From Patescibacteria group bacterium (GTDB lineage: Bacteria > Patescibacteriota > Minisyncoccia > Phycocordibacterales > Phycocordibacteraceae): DNA of 64,000 nucleotides. This document shows, piece by piece, positions 22,693 to 32,226 of the stretch. Every line of letters begins with the position of its first letter. Within the stretch, counting starts at the first letter, position 1. Made by a program: the position numbers and the translations under genes. The notes beneath the pieces were generated by a model. The model ran no database searches and was not told where the DNA came from. It saw only the letters and a list, made by a program, of their open reading frames with translations. The stretch is from contig JAGWVF010000001.1 of the NCBI GenBank assembly GCA_018971045.1, positions 11,480-75,479 of the forward strand, written 5' to 3'.

Positions 22693-22852
22693 CAAACTAT
22701 CGACTGATACGGAAGCATTCAAAGAATGGCTTATATACTGTGTATGTAAGCCATTCTTGTGTCTCGGATGACCCCCTGCATTCCCCCGTTTTCCCATTAA
22801 ATCCTACCCCCCATTTCTCATATCCGGCCTCGCAATCATCTCGTCTCTCGCG

Positions 22853-23869
22853 ATGATTCTGCCGAACATTGCCAGCGCCTTCTGGCCATTTTCTACGGAC
22901 GCAAGCGCCGCTCAGGCGACTTCGGCTCCCGACGCATCGACTCCGGTATTGCAAGCGTCAGTCAATATCGACCCGAACCCGAATAAGGGTCTCGGCGCGA
23001 GCCTCCAAACGAGCGGAGGGAAGGCGCTCCTCGCGTATGCGGGTCCCTCAGGCACCATCGCCGATGTCGCGAGCTCGACTCCCTCGGATCGCATCTCGAT
23101 CTACGTCGTACGCCCCGGCGATACTCTTTCCGAAATCGCCTCAATGTACGGCGTCTCGGTAAACACCATCATTTGGGCGAATAATCTGAGCGGCGCGACC
23201 GATGTCCACCCTGGCGATACCCTGATCATCCTCCCTGTCTCTGGACTCGAGCACACGGTCGCGAAGGGCGATACTCTCAAATCGCTCGCTGCAAAATACG
23301 GCGCTGACGCGACCGAAATCGCACAATATAACGGCGTGGATGCGAATACTCCGCTTGTGATCGGTTCCAGGATCATGATCCCGGGCGGCGAGCTCGGAGG
23401 TCCGAGTCAATCTTCACCCGCGAAACGCCCCGGCGGCTCGCGATCGACCAAGGATCCGTATCGCGGCGGAGGCGGCGCGCTTATCGCCGGCTATTTCAGC
23501 AACCCGATTATGGGCGGTATCATCACCCAAGGACTCCATGGATGGAACGCCGTCGATATCGGTGCCGCGATCGGAACCCCGATCCACGCGGCGGCCGACG
23601 GTACCGTCATCATCGTGCGCAACAACGGCGGCTTTAACGGCGGTTACGGCAATTACGTCGTGATTACCCACCCGAACGGAACGCAGACGCTTTATGCGCA
23701 CTTGCGGGCGGCGATCGTCTCGCCCGGACAGGAAGTCTCGGACAGCCAGATCATCGGGTATGTCGGCATGACCGGCCACACGACCGGCCCGCACGTCCAC
23801 TTCGAAGTTCGTGGCGCGGCAAATCCCTTCTCCCACTGCACCATCGGATCCGCCTGTTCTCCGCAATAA
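22853..23869 (+). CDS. LysM (x2) plus M23 peptidase
   Basis: YVVRPGDTLSEIA, HTVAKGDTL, H..VDI, YAHL, TGPHVHFEV. Confidence 0.92.
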   Translation: MILPNIASAFWPFSTDASAAQATSAPDASTPVLQASVNIDPNPNKGLGASLQTSGGKALLAYAGPSGTIADVASSTPSDRISIYVVRPGDTLSEIASMYGVSVNTIIWANNLSGATDVHPGDTLIILPVSGLEHTVAKGDTLKSLAAKYGADATEIAQYNGVDANTPLVIGSRIMIPGGELGGPSQSSPAKRPGGSRSTKDPYRGGGGALIAGYFSNPIMGGIITQGLHGWNAVDIGAAIGTPIHAAADGTVIIVRNNGGFNGGYGNYVVITHPNGTQTLYAHLRAAIVSPGQEVSDSQIIGYVGMTGHTTGPHVHFEVRGAANPFSHCTIGSACSPQ

Positions 23870-23894
23870 ACTTTCCTCAAACGCCTTATTTTTA

Positions 23895-25469
23895 TTATTC
23901 AAATCCAAAGAGCCCGCGCGGGCGATACTGGAGCGCTTCGTGGAGATGAGAGGGCGTAACGAGACCGCTCCCTGCGAGGTCGGCAATCGTGCGCGCGACC
24001 CGCATCGTGCGGTGATACGAGCGCGGCGAGAGATTGAGGCGCGCGGCCGCCGTGGTGAGGGTTTGCCTCGCGGCATCAGTGAAGCCGCTTCGCTCGTCGA
24101 GCTCGCGGCCAGAAAGAGCGGCATTCGTCGCGCCCGGCTTCCCCGCCCGTTTCTCCGCGAGAGCCCGAGCATTCATCACCCGCCGACGCACGCTCTCCGA
24201 CGATTCTCCGCGCGAGAGCTTCGAAAGCGTATCGTGCGGAACGATCGGCACTTCGATCCAGAGATCGAGGCGATCAACGATCGGTCGACTGATGCGCCGC
24301 GCCTGCTTCGCCGCCGCGCGCAGTGCGGCGCGCGCATCCTCAGTAAGCGTATCCGCCGGATTCATCGCGGCGACGATCATGCAGTCGGCAGGAAACGTGA
24401 TGCTCGCCCGGGCGCGCGAAACTGTCACGACGCGATCTTCAAGCGGTTGGCGAAGCGCTTCGAGCGTTCTCGAATCGAATTCGGGAAACTCGTCGAGGAA
24501 GAGAACGCCTTTGTGCGCGAGCGTCACCTCGCCCGCTTTCGGGAACGCGCCGCCGCCCACGATCGCGACGTGCGAGATCGAGTGATGCGGCGAACGAAAA
24601 GGCGGCCAATAGACCGCTTCGCCTTCATTTAAGAGTCCGGCGATCGAGTGGATCGCCGTAACTTCAAGAACGTCGTCATCGGTGAGGGGCGGAAGAATTC
24701 CGGTAAGCGCCCGAGCGAGCATCGTCTTTCCGGTGCCCGGAGGACCGTAAAAGACGATATTGTGCCGGCCCGCCGCCGCGATCTCGAGCGCGCGCTTCGC
24801 GCTCTCCTGACCCTTAATGTCCGCAAGATCGATGGCAAGGGGCGGCGACACGGCATGACGGGAGCGCACGAGCCGCGGTAGCGGCTTCTCTTCTTTCAAA
24901 TGTCCGAGAAGTTCGCCAAGCGTCTCGGGCGCGTAAATCGTAACTCCTTCCGCGAGGAGCGCTTCGCGCGTGTTTCCGGGCGGCACCACGATGATCTTGA
25001 TCCCGCGCCTCTTTGCCGCAAGCACCTGCGGCAATACGCCGCGAACCGCGCGCAACGCACCATCGAGCGCGAGTTCGCCGATGAGAAGCATCTCGTCTTC
25101 AGGCGGTGCGAGCTCCCCCGCGGCGATAAGATACGCGAGCGCGAGCGCGAGGTCATAATGCGAGCCTTCTTTCTTTAAATCCGCCGGCGAAAGCGAGAGT
25201 ACGATGCGTTTATTCTGTTGTTTGGGCGACTTATAGCCTGAGTGGCGAATCGCCGCACTTACCCGATCGCGCGCTTCGTCAACAGCCTTGTCGGCAAGTC
25301 CGACGACCGCGAAATTATGGAGGCCTCGGGTAAGATCGGCCTCGACGCTCACCACCTGTGCGAGCGCGCCGACCGGCTGCGCCGCAAGCGTCTTCGCATA
25401 CCCAAGCTTCGGAAGCGGACGAACGGCGGGCGATTGATGCGGCGTTCGTTCCGATCGCGCGGCGGGCAT
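23895..25469 (-). CDS. comM: ComM/YifB Mg-chelatase-like AAA+ ATPase
   Basis: [45 protein letters not shown]. Confidence 0.92.
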   Translation of the reverse strand: MPAARSERTPHQSPAVRPLPKLGYAKTLAAQPVGALAQVVSVEADLTRGLHNFAVVGLADKAVDEARDRVSAAIRHSGYKSPKQQNKRIVLSLSPADLKKEGSHYDLALALAYLIAAGELAPPEDEMLLIGELALDGALRAVRGVLPQVLAAKRRGIKIIVVPPGNTREALLAEGVTIYAPETLGELLGHLKEEKPLPRLVRSRHAVSPPLAIDLADIKGQESAKRALEIAAAGRHNIVFYGPPGTGKTMLARALTGILPPLTDDDVLEVTAIHSIAGLLNEGEAVYWPPFRSPHHSISHVAIVGGGAFPKAGEVTLAHKGVLFLDEFPEFDSRTLEALRQPLEDRVVTVSRARASITFPADCMIVAAMNPADTLTEDARAALRAAAKQARRISRPIVDRLDLWIEVPIVPHDTLSKLSRGESSESVRRRVMNARALAEKRAGKPGATNAALSGRELDERSGFTDAARQTLTTAAARLNLSPRSYHRTMRVARTIADLAGSGLVTPSHLHEALQYRPRGLFGFE

Positions 25470-25472
25470 GGG

Positions 25473-25820
25473 CTAGAGATCTTTGATGCAGGTGGTCGCG
25501 GCGGGATCCGCTTCGAGCCGTTTCTCCTCGATAGCCTCGCCACAGACCTCGCAGATCCCGTAGGCACCCTTCTCGATTCGCCGCAAGGCGTTTAGAACGG
25601 CGTCATAACGCGCCTCAAGATCGGCGAGAATCGCGGCATTCCCCTCCCGATTCATCACCACGTCCGCCTGATCGGCGAGATCGGCCTCCATGCCGATCTC
25701 TGAGGGCGCCACTTCCCAATCATCCGGCACCGCCGAATTAGGGCGGCCAACGGTCCCCATCTCATGTTCCAGTACTCGCTTGTCCTCCTCGAGTTTCTGT
25801 TTGAAGTAATCGGTCTTCAT
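25473..25820 (-). CDS. TraR/DksA C4-type zinc finger protein
   Basis: ALRRIEKGAYGICEVCG...RLEADPAATTC. Confidence 0.88.
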   Translation of the reverse strand: MKTDYFKQKLEEDKRVLEHEMGTVGRPNSAVPDDWEVAPSEIGMEADLADQADVVMNREGNAAILADLEARYDAVLNALRRIEKGAYGICEVCGEAIEEKRLEADPAATTCIKDL

Positions 25821-25837
25821 GGTGAGATGATACCAGA

Positions 25838-27226
25838 TTATTGAAGGCGTGTCCGCGCATTGGCGAGGCGGCCCAAGAGGTCGGTAAAGGCCGCGGGATC
25901 GCGCGCGATAACAAGCGTGGTCGGATTCCAGTACCCGTAGAGAAGGAGGCTTCTTCCTTGCGCATCGCGGACGATGCGCACGTCATGATTGGCCACCGTA
26001 TCATCAACGAAGCGGACATTCGATGCGTTGGCGGACCCGTCTGCCGCAACGGTCGTTGACGCCGCAGTTGTTGACGCCGTAGCCGGCGCCTGCGGCGCAA
26101 AGAGCGTGCCGAGATCGGTGAGGATCCGGGGCTCCCAGGTCAGCATCCCCGCCAGAGTTTCGTTATACGCAGCTACCGAGAGGATAAAAAAGATCGATTG
26201 TCTCCCGCCCTGCCACGTCGCGCTTTTCGTCATGATGACGCCGGCCATACTCCCTACGGCGTTCACGTTGCGAACGAGCGCATCGGGCGCCGATGTTCTA
26301 AGCGCCGCAAGGATATTCTCGGTCGCGCTCGCCGCCTCGGTGGAAGTCGCGATCGTGAGAAATCGAACCGTTCCCGACGCAAGCGGTAAGCTTGCTGACT
26401 CCGCGAGAGCCTGAATAAGCGCCTGTCCCCGCCCCGAGACCGTCACGCGCTCATCGACGACGATCGGTGTCGGTATCGTCGCGGTCGGAATGACGGGTAC
26501 GTTTCGCGCCGCATACTGCCGATAGGCATAATAAGATCCGGCCGCTCCGGCGATAAAAAGCACCGCTCCCGCGATGCTGTAGACAATCGCGGGAGAAAAT
26601 CGCGCTCTTGGAACATCGGTTCTCGGTTCTCCTTGGAGCGCGTCCTGCTCTGCGGCGAGCACCGTCGCCGTTGATGCGCGCGTCTTCTGTACGCGTTCCA
26701 TGAAATCCCCCGAGTACGTCTGGAGCGGGCTGGCCGATCGTTTGTAGGTGAGCGGCGGAACGGGAGGTTCGGGAGATTGCTCCGGAGCAAAGATGGGGCG
26801 CGGCATCGCCGGATCTTGGGGAATAAAGGCTGGCTGAAACGGCATTGACGGAGGAGGCGGCGGTTCAATCGGCGGCGGAAGAGGCGTCTCAATGGGTGGA
26901 GGTATCGCGGGCGGCGGTTCCGGCGCGGGCGCTGGTTCTCGAATCGGCTCCGGAAGCGGTTCGGGGACCGCAATCGGCTCCAACGCCGGCTCTGGCTCTG
27001 GCGCCTGCGGTGGAGGTGGAGGTGGAGGTGGAGGTGGCACTGGAGTAGGCGGAGTAATCGTGGCCGCCCTCTCTTCTTGCGGCGAAGAAGGAGTCGGCGG
27101 GACGAAAGTCTGCAGATTGAGCTTCTTCAATTCCTCGAGATCTCCCTCGTAGGTGCGCACGAACTTCTTCGGCTGATCTTCCGAAGCGCCGAGAATCGTA
27201 TCCGACGTTGATGGAGTGGTATCCAT
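25838..27226 (-). CDS. Proline-rich single-pass membrane protein
   Basis: Poly-Pro tract, RTYEGD/QTYSGD repeat, one TM helix, extracytoplasmic domain (GMLTWE). Confidence 0.8.
   Translation of the reverse strand: MDTTPSTSDTILGASEDQPKKFVRTYEGDLEELKKLNLQTFVPPTPSSPQEERAATITPPTPVPPPPPPPPPPQAPEPEPALEPIAVPEPLPEPIREPAPAPEPPPAIPPPIETPLPPPIEPPPPPSMPFQPAFIPQDPAMPRPIFAPEQSPEPPVPPLTYKRSASPLQTYSGDFMERVQKTRASTATVLAAEQDALQGEPRTDVPRARFSPAIVYSIAGAVLFIAGAAGSYYAYRQYAARNVPVIPTATIPTPIVVDERVTVSGRGQALIQALAESASLPLASGTVRFLTIATSTEAASATENILAALRTSAPDALVRNVNAVGSMAGVIMTKSATWQGGRQSIFFILSVAAYNETLAGMLTWEPRILTDLGTLFAPQAPATASTTAASTTVAADGSANASNVRFVDDTVANHDVRIVRDAQGRSLLLYGYWNPTTLVIARDPAAFTDLLGRLANARTRLQ
27009..27037. repeat. 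(GGTGGA)n tandem repeat encoding poly-proline
   Basis: About 5 copies of GGTGGA within the CDS. Confidence 0.85.
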
Positions 27227-27265
27227 ACCCCCTAGTGTAGCGCATTTCGGCGCGAGGAGAGAGGA

Positions 27266-27781
27266 TTATGCGCGCGACGAAATAGTGAACCGATGAGGAT
27301 CGTCGCACATATCGGTAAAGGCGTGCGCGGCCTCCTTCAATTTACTCGATGAGGACTTGCCAAATGAAATAACTTCAACCTGGCACCCCTCATTCATATC
27401 GAGATACTGGATCAGCGGGACGAAATCGCCGTCGCCGGTCACGAGGACGACCGTGTCGAGCTTCGGCGCGAGCTTTACCGCGTCAATCGCGAGCCCGACG
27501 TCCCAGTCCGCCTTCTTCGCGCCATCGGCAAAGACTTGGAGATCTTTGACCTTCGTCTCGATCCCCATCTTGGTAAGCGCTTCGAAGAAATTCTTTTCTT
27601 CGCCGCTGTCGGTCGCGATCACATAGGCGATCGCGCGCACAAGGAAACGCCCTCCGACAGCCTCTTCGAGGATATTGGCGAAGTTCACCCGCGCTTTATA
27701 GAGATGTTTCGCACTGTGATAGAGATTCTGTGTGTCGATAAAGACCCCGACACGTTGGGCTGGATGTTTGATAACGGCCAT
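27266..27781 (-). CDS. NYN domain (LabA/DUF88) protein
   Basis: VFIDTQNL, KADWDVGLAID, TGDGDFVP. Confidence 0.9.
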   Translation of the reverse strand: MAVIKHPAQRVGVFIDTQNLYHSAKHLYKARVNFANILEEAVGGRFLVRAIAYVIATDSGEEKNFFEALTKMGIETKVKDLQVFADGAKKADWDVGLAIDAVKLAPKLDTVVLVTGDGDFVPLIQYLDMNEGCQVEVISFGKSSSSKLKEAAHAFTDMCDDPHRFTISSRA

Positions 27782-27831
27782 ACAAATAAAAATAAAAGCG
27801 TAATAAAATGCTCACTCCTATGCTAGCACAA

Positions 27832-27950
27832 GCTGGTTCAAAAACGTCGGATGCAAGGCGCGGGCAGGTGACTTTCGGAGGCGTACGGTACGGTACGACG
27901 GAGAAAGTCAGCGGGGCACGCAACGCAGACAGGTGGCGTTTTTGAACAGC
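27832..27950. repeat. Palindromic intergenic element (MITE/REP-like)
   Basis: Terminal inverted repeats GCTGGTTCAAAAACG / CGTTTTTGAACAGC and an inner TGACTTTC/GAAAGTCA stem. Confidence 0.6.
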
Positions 27951-28217
27951 TTATTTCTTCAAACCGAGCTTCTTGATAAGCGCGTTGTAATGGCGCTTGT
28001 TATTCGTCTCGAGATAGCGCAGGTGCGAGCGGCGATCGGCCACCATCTGGAGGAGGCCGCGGCGCGAATGGAAGTCCTTCGGATTCTTCTTCAGGTGCTT
28101 CGCGAGCTCGTCAATCTGCTTGGAGAGGAGCGCGACTTGTACATCGGCCGAGCCGGTGTCAGTGTCGTGACGGGCGGCATCCTTGATAATGGCCGCCTTT
28201 TTCTTAGTCGTAAGCAT
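27951..28217 (-). CDS. rpsO: 30S ribosomal protein S15
   Basis: DTGSADVQVALL, KDFHSRRGLL. Confidence 0.98.
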   Translation of the reverse strand: MLTTKKKAAIIKDAARHDTDTGSADVQVALLSKQIDELAKHLKKNPKDFHSRRGLLQMVADRRSHLRYLETNNKRHYNALIKKLGLKK

Positions 28218-28318
28218 ATTTTCTATCTTACCATATCTTGATAAAATCCGCAAGTGTGTCGGGGTCTGCTCGACTCTTCCAAAATACGCACAATAATCGG
28301 TACGGTATACTTAAGATC

Positions 28319-29239
28319 ATGAATGCCGAGGACGCCAAGAGGCAGTTTCTGGAGTATATCGAGATCGAGCGCGGGCGGGCGGTCAAGACGATCGAGAATT
28401 ATGACCGTTATCTCTCCCGCTACTTCGCTCAGATGCACATTGCGCGCGTAAGCGACATTACGGAACAGAATGTCCGCGAATTCCGCTTGTGGCTTAATCG
28501 ACAGAAGGGATCGGGGAACGACTCGATGAAACGCCGTACCCAGAATTACTACATGATCGCTCTGCGCGCTTTCCTCAAATTTCTGCGGAAACGAGACATC
28601 GAGGCGATCTCTCCTGAGAAGATCGAGCTCGCGAAGCTCCCCGAGCGCCAGCTCGATCTCATCACTTCTGCCGAGCTCGAACGGCTCTTGAAGGCGCCGG
28701 GCGAAGCACTCGAAAAAGAGGAACATCATGAAAAACGCTTGAAATATCTGCGCGATCGCGCGATCCTCGAGCTTCTCTTCTCGACCGGCCTCCGCGTCTC
28801 CGAACTCTGCTCGCTTCAGAGCGACATCGATCTCTCTCGCGACGAGCTCTCGGTGCGCGGCAAGGGCGACAAGGTGCGCGTCGTATTCCTCTCTCCTGCG
28901 GCTAAAGACGCCGTGCATCAGTATCTAAAAGAGAGAAAGGATATGGAGGAGGCGCTCTTCGTGGATGGCCGGCCGAATTCGCTCCACCGGATCACGCCCC
29001 GAGATATCCAGCGCCACTTGAAGGGGTACGTCGCCCGAGCCGGAATTACGAACGTCGTCACCCCCCACACTCTCCGCCACGCCTTCGCGACCGACCTCTT
29101 GAGTAACGGCGCCGATATCCGCTCCGTCCAACAGCTCCTCGGCCACGCCTCGATTAACACGACGCAAATTTATACCCACGTAACCGACTCGCACCTGCGC
29201 GAAATCCATAAGAAGTACCATTCCCATCGCGCTATATAG
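28319..29239 (+). CDS. Xer-family tyrosine recombinase
   Basis: TGLRVSEL, GKGDK, HTLRHAFAT, LLGH, TQIYTH. Confidence 0.92.
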   Translation: MNAEDAKRQFLEYIEIERGRAVKTIENYDRYLSRYFAQMHIARVSDITEQNVREFRLWLNRQKGSGNDSMKRRTQNYYMIALRAFLKFLRKRDIEAISPEKIELAKLPERQLDLITSAELERLLKAPGEALEKEEHHEKRLKYLRDRAILELLFSTGLRVSELCSLQSDIDLSRDELSVRGKGDKVRVVFLSPAAKDAVHQYLKERKDMEEALFVDGRPNSLHRITPRDIQRHLKGYVARAGITNVVTPHTLRHAFATDLLSNGADIRSVQQLLGHASINTTQIYTHVTDSHLREIHKKYHSHRAI

Positions 29240-29272
29240 GTACGGGAAACACAGCGGTTGTATACTGAGGTG

Positions 29273-30040
29273 ATGAAAATCGTCTCGTGGAACGTGAACG
29301 GGCTCCGCTCACTCGCTAACGACGGCTATTGGGAATCATTCTTAAAGACTGCAAAACCGGATATCTTTTGCCTTCAAGAGACGAAGGCGAGCCCGGATCA
29401 GCTCTCCGAGGTGTTCCTCTCCCCTGCCGGCTACTCGGCCTTTTTTTCCTCCTCAGAAATGAAGAAGGGCTACAGCGGCGTCGCGCTCTATTCCAAGACC
29501 GAACCATTGAAGGTGATCTATGGGATGGGCATTAAAGAATTTGACCAAGAGGGCCGCCTCGTGGGAGCCGAGTTCCCTCACTTTTGGCTTCTGAACGTCT
29601 ACTTCCCAAACGGAGGCCAAGGGCCCGAGCGGCTCGACTATAAACTGCGCTACTACGATGCTTTTCTGAAATATGCCGAGAGATTACGCAAGGAGAAGCC
29701 CGTCATTTTCTGCGGCGACGTGAACACCGCTCACGAAGAGATCGATCTCGCCCGACCGAAAGAAAATGAAGAGCATACGGGCTTTCTCTCCGAAGAGCGC
29801 GCATGGATCGACGAGGTCGTCGCGGCCGGCTACGTCGACACCTTCCGCCGCTTTCATCCGCACACCAAAGAGGCCTACACCTATTGGGACATAAAAACGC
29901 ACGCGCGCGACCGCAACATCGGCTGGCGCCTCGACTACTTCTTCGCGGCGAATGAATGTATGAAGCGGATAAAAAAGTCCGAGATTCATCCCGAAATTTA
30001 CGGATCCGATCACTGCCCGATCAGCATCACCATCGGATAG
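29273..30040 (+). CDS. xth: Exodeoxyribonuclease III
   Basis: SWNVNGLR, LQETK, GDVN, GWRLDY, GSDHCP. Confidence 0.95.
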   Translation: MKIVSWNVNGLRSLANDGYWESFLKTAKPDIFCLQETKASPDQLSEVFLSPAGYSAFFSSSEMKKGYSGVALYSKTEPLKVIYGMGIKEFDQEGRLVGAEFPHFWLLNVYFPNGGQGPERLDYKLRYYDAFLKYAERLRKEKPVIFCGDVNTAHEEIDLARPKENEEHTGFLSEERAWIDEVVAAGYVDTFRRFHPHTKEAYTYWDIKTHARDRNIGWRLDYFFAANECMKRIKKSEIHPEIYGSDHCPISITIG

Positions 30041-30059
30041 AAGTTGTATACTGGCGGAT

Positions 30060-30596
30060 ATGAAAAAAGCAACGAAGAAAGCAGAAAAGAAAAAAACGAT
30101 AGTCGCCGTGTCGGGCGGCTTCGATCCGATCCACATCGGGCATGTACGGATGATCCAAGAAGCGAAAAAGCTCGGCGATGAGCTTGTCGTCATTATCAAT
30201 AATGACCATTGGCTCCGCGACAAGAAGGGCTTTCCGTTTATGCCGGAACATGAGCGGAAGGAGATCATCGAGGCTATCGCCGGCGTCGATCGCGCCGTAC
30301 TTACCGACCATGCCCCGGGAGAATATTTTATTGATCGCAGCGTCTGCCGAACCTTGCGCGCGGTGAAGCCGAACGTCTTCGCCAACGGCGGCGACAGGAA
30401 GCCCGACGGCGATCCGGTGCCAGAGGTCGCGCTCTGCGACGAGCTCGGAATCGCTCTGGTCTACAATGTCGGCGCGGGCGGCAAGGTGCAATCGTCATCG
30501 TGGCTCATCGCCGCGGCGGCCGAGAATGCGCCCGCGAAAAAATCAGCCGCGGGATCAAGAGCGCGCAACTTGCACGCGGCGAACAAAGCGGTATGA
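30060..30596 (+). CDS. HIGH-family cytidylyl/adenylyltransferase
   Basis: SGGFDPIHIGH, FANGGDR, KVQSSSW. Confidence 0.88.
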   Translation: MKKATKKAEKKKTIVAVSGGFDPIHIGHVRMIQEAKKLGDELVVIINNDHWLRDKKGFPFMPEHERKEIIEAIAGVDRAVLTDHAPGEYFIDRSVCRTLRAVKPNVFANGGDRKPDGDPVPEVALCDELGIALVYNVGAGGKVQSSSWLIAAAAENAPAKKSAAGSRARNLHAANKAV

Positions 30597-30620
30597 TTCC
30601 CTTAGCCGTCACCCTTGCCT

Positions 30621-31313
30621 ATGAGCGCGAATGAGCGGGAGCGTGTTGTCGTGTCAGTAGGAGGTTCCTTAATCGTCCCCGACGGCATTGATACCGGTTT
30701 CCTTTCGCGATTCAAGACGCTCATTCTCGAAAAAGTCCAGCGCGGATTCTCTTTCTCCATAATCGCCGGCGGCGGAAAAACCGCTCGCCGGTACCAAGAG
30801 GCCGCTCATCAGGTCACACCGCTCTCGCGGCACGATCTCGACTGGATCGGCATTCATTCGACCCGCCTCAACGCGCAGCTTCTACGGAATATCTTTGTAG
30901 GATACGCGCATCAGCAGGTCGTCAAAAATCCAACCATCACGATCGAAGCGGATGAACCGATCATTATCGCGGCAGGATGGCAACCCGGGTGCTCCACCGA
31001 CTACGATGCCGTCTTGATGGCGAAAAGCCTCGGCGCGAAGCGTCTCGTGAATCTTTCCAATATCGATTACGTCTACGAGAGCGACCCGCGCAAGTATCCG
31101 GATGCGAAAAAGATCGAAACTATTTCGTGGACGGACTTTCGGAAACTGATACCGGCCGAGTGGGATCCCGGGCTCTCCTCCCCCTTCGACCCCGTCGCCG
31201 CCAAAGAGGCGCAGTCCCTGAATCTTGAAGTCGCGATTATTAACGGCTCAAAGCTCGAAGAATTCTCCCACTATCTCGAAGGCAGACCGTTCGCGGGAAC
31301 GGTCATTTCGTAA
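30621..31313 (+). CDS. pyrH: UMP kinase (archaeal-type)
   Basis: SVGGSL, GGGKTAR, PGCSTDYDA, FDPVAA. Confidence 0.92.
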   Translation: MSANERERVVVSVGGSLIVPDGIDTGFLSRFKTLILEKVQRGFSFSIIAGGGKTARRYQEAAHQVTPLSRHDLDWIGIHSTRLNAQLLRNIFVGYAHQQVVKNPTITIEADEPIIIAAGWQPGCSTDYDAVLMAKSLGAKRLVNLSNIDYVYESDPRKYPDAKKIETISWTDFRKLIPAEWDPGLSSPFDPVAAKEAQSLNLEVAIINGSKLEEFSHYLEGRPFAGTVIS

Positions 31314-31322
31314 TTTTAAGCG

Positions 31323-32222
31323 TCATTTCTTCGCGAACCAGTGCGCAATGGGGATGAGAAGCGGCGCGGAACGGCAGATGGAGGAGAAGGTGCCGATCGC
31401 GACGCCGACGAGCATCACGAGCGCGAAATCTCGCGTTGCGGAAGCGCCGAAGTAGATGAGCGCGAGAAGCGCGAGCACCACGGTGAGCGCGGTGTTGATC
31501 GAACGCGTCATCGTCTCGTCGATTGATTTCCCGATCGTCTCCTCGAAGGACTCTTTGAGGTTCATTCTCTCATTGCGCACGAGGTGCTCGCGGATGCGGT
31601 CGAAAATCACGATGATGTCGTTCACGACGTAACCGAGGAGCGCGAGCATCGCGACGATGAAGAGCGAGTCCACTTGAGCGCCGGTGAAGCGGCAGAGCGC
31701 GGCATAGAAGCCCGCAGGGACAATAAGATCAATCGCGAGCATCGCGACGACGGTGAGCCCATACCCCCAGCTCGGCACCGGCCGCGACACCTTGCGAAAG
31801 GCGAAGGCGATGTAGCACACGATGACAAGCACCACCGCGAAAATCGCCCAGAGCGCCTTGTTCGTAAACTGGCTCCCGAGAGCGGGACCAACGGAGGTAT
31901 AGGCAAGCTCCGTCGTCGAGGCCGACTTCGAGACGGCCGCAAGAATGGCGTCGTGTTCCGCCGGCGTGAGCGTGCGCGTGCGAATGCTGACCGCCTTTGC
32001 GCCCGATGCGCGAACCGATGCCGCGCCGACATTCGCGGTCGATACCTGATCCTGAATCGTCGAGAGCGGCGGAACCGTGTTCGCATAGCCGACTTGTAAG
32101 AGAGAGCCGCCCGTAAAATCGATGCCGAGCGGGAGACCCCAGGCGATAAGAGCCCCCACTGCTCCCGCGAGGATAAGGCCGGTGATCCAGAAGAACAGTC
32201 CGCGATGCTGAATAATGTACAT
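31323..32222 (-). CDS. secF: Protein translocase subunit SecF
   Basis: GIDFTGG, GYVVNDIIVIFDRIRE, RSINT. Confidence 0.95.
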   Translation of the reverse strand: MYIIQHRGLFFWITGLILAGAVGALIAWGLPLGIDFTGGSLLQVGYANTVPPLSTIQDQVSTANVGAASVRASGAKAVSIRTRTLTPAEHDAILAAVSKSASTTELAYTSVGPALGSQFTNKALWAIFAVVLVIVCYIAFAFRKVSRPVPSWGYGLTVVAMLAIDLIVPAGFYAALCRFTGAQVDSLFIVAMLALLGYVVNDIIVIFDRIREHLVRNERMNLKESFEETIGKSIDETMTRSINTALTVVLALLALIYFGASATRDFALVMLVGVAIGTFSSICRSAPLLIPIAHWFAKK

Positions 32223-32226
32223 GGCT

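Noticed and set aside
27009-27037. GGTGGA repeats as a CRISPR array or Chi cluster
   Set aside because: No spacers, and fully explained by poly-Pro coding; no CRISPR array or cas gene was seen in the window
28319-29239. Tyrosine recombinase as a prophage or island integrase
   Set aside because: Xer-like size, housekeeping neighbours, no phage genes or att repeats seen
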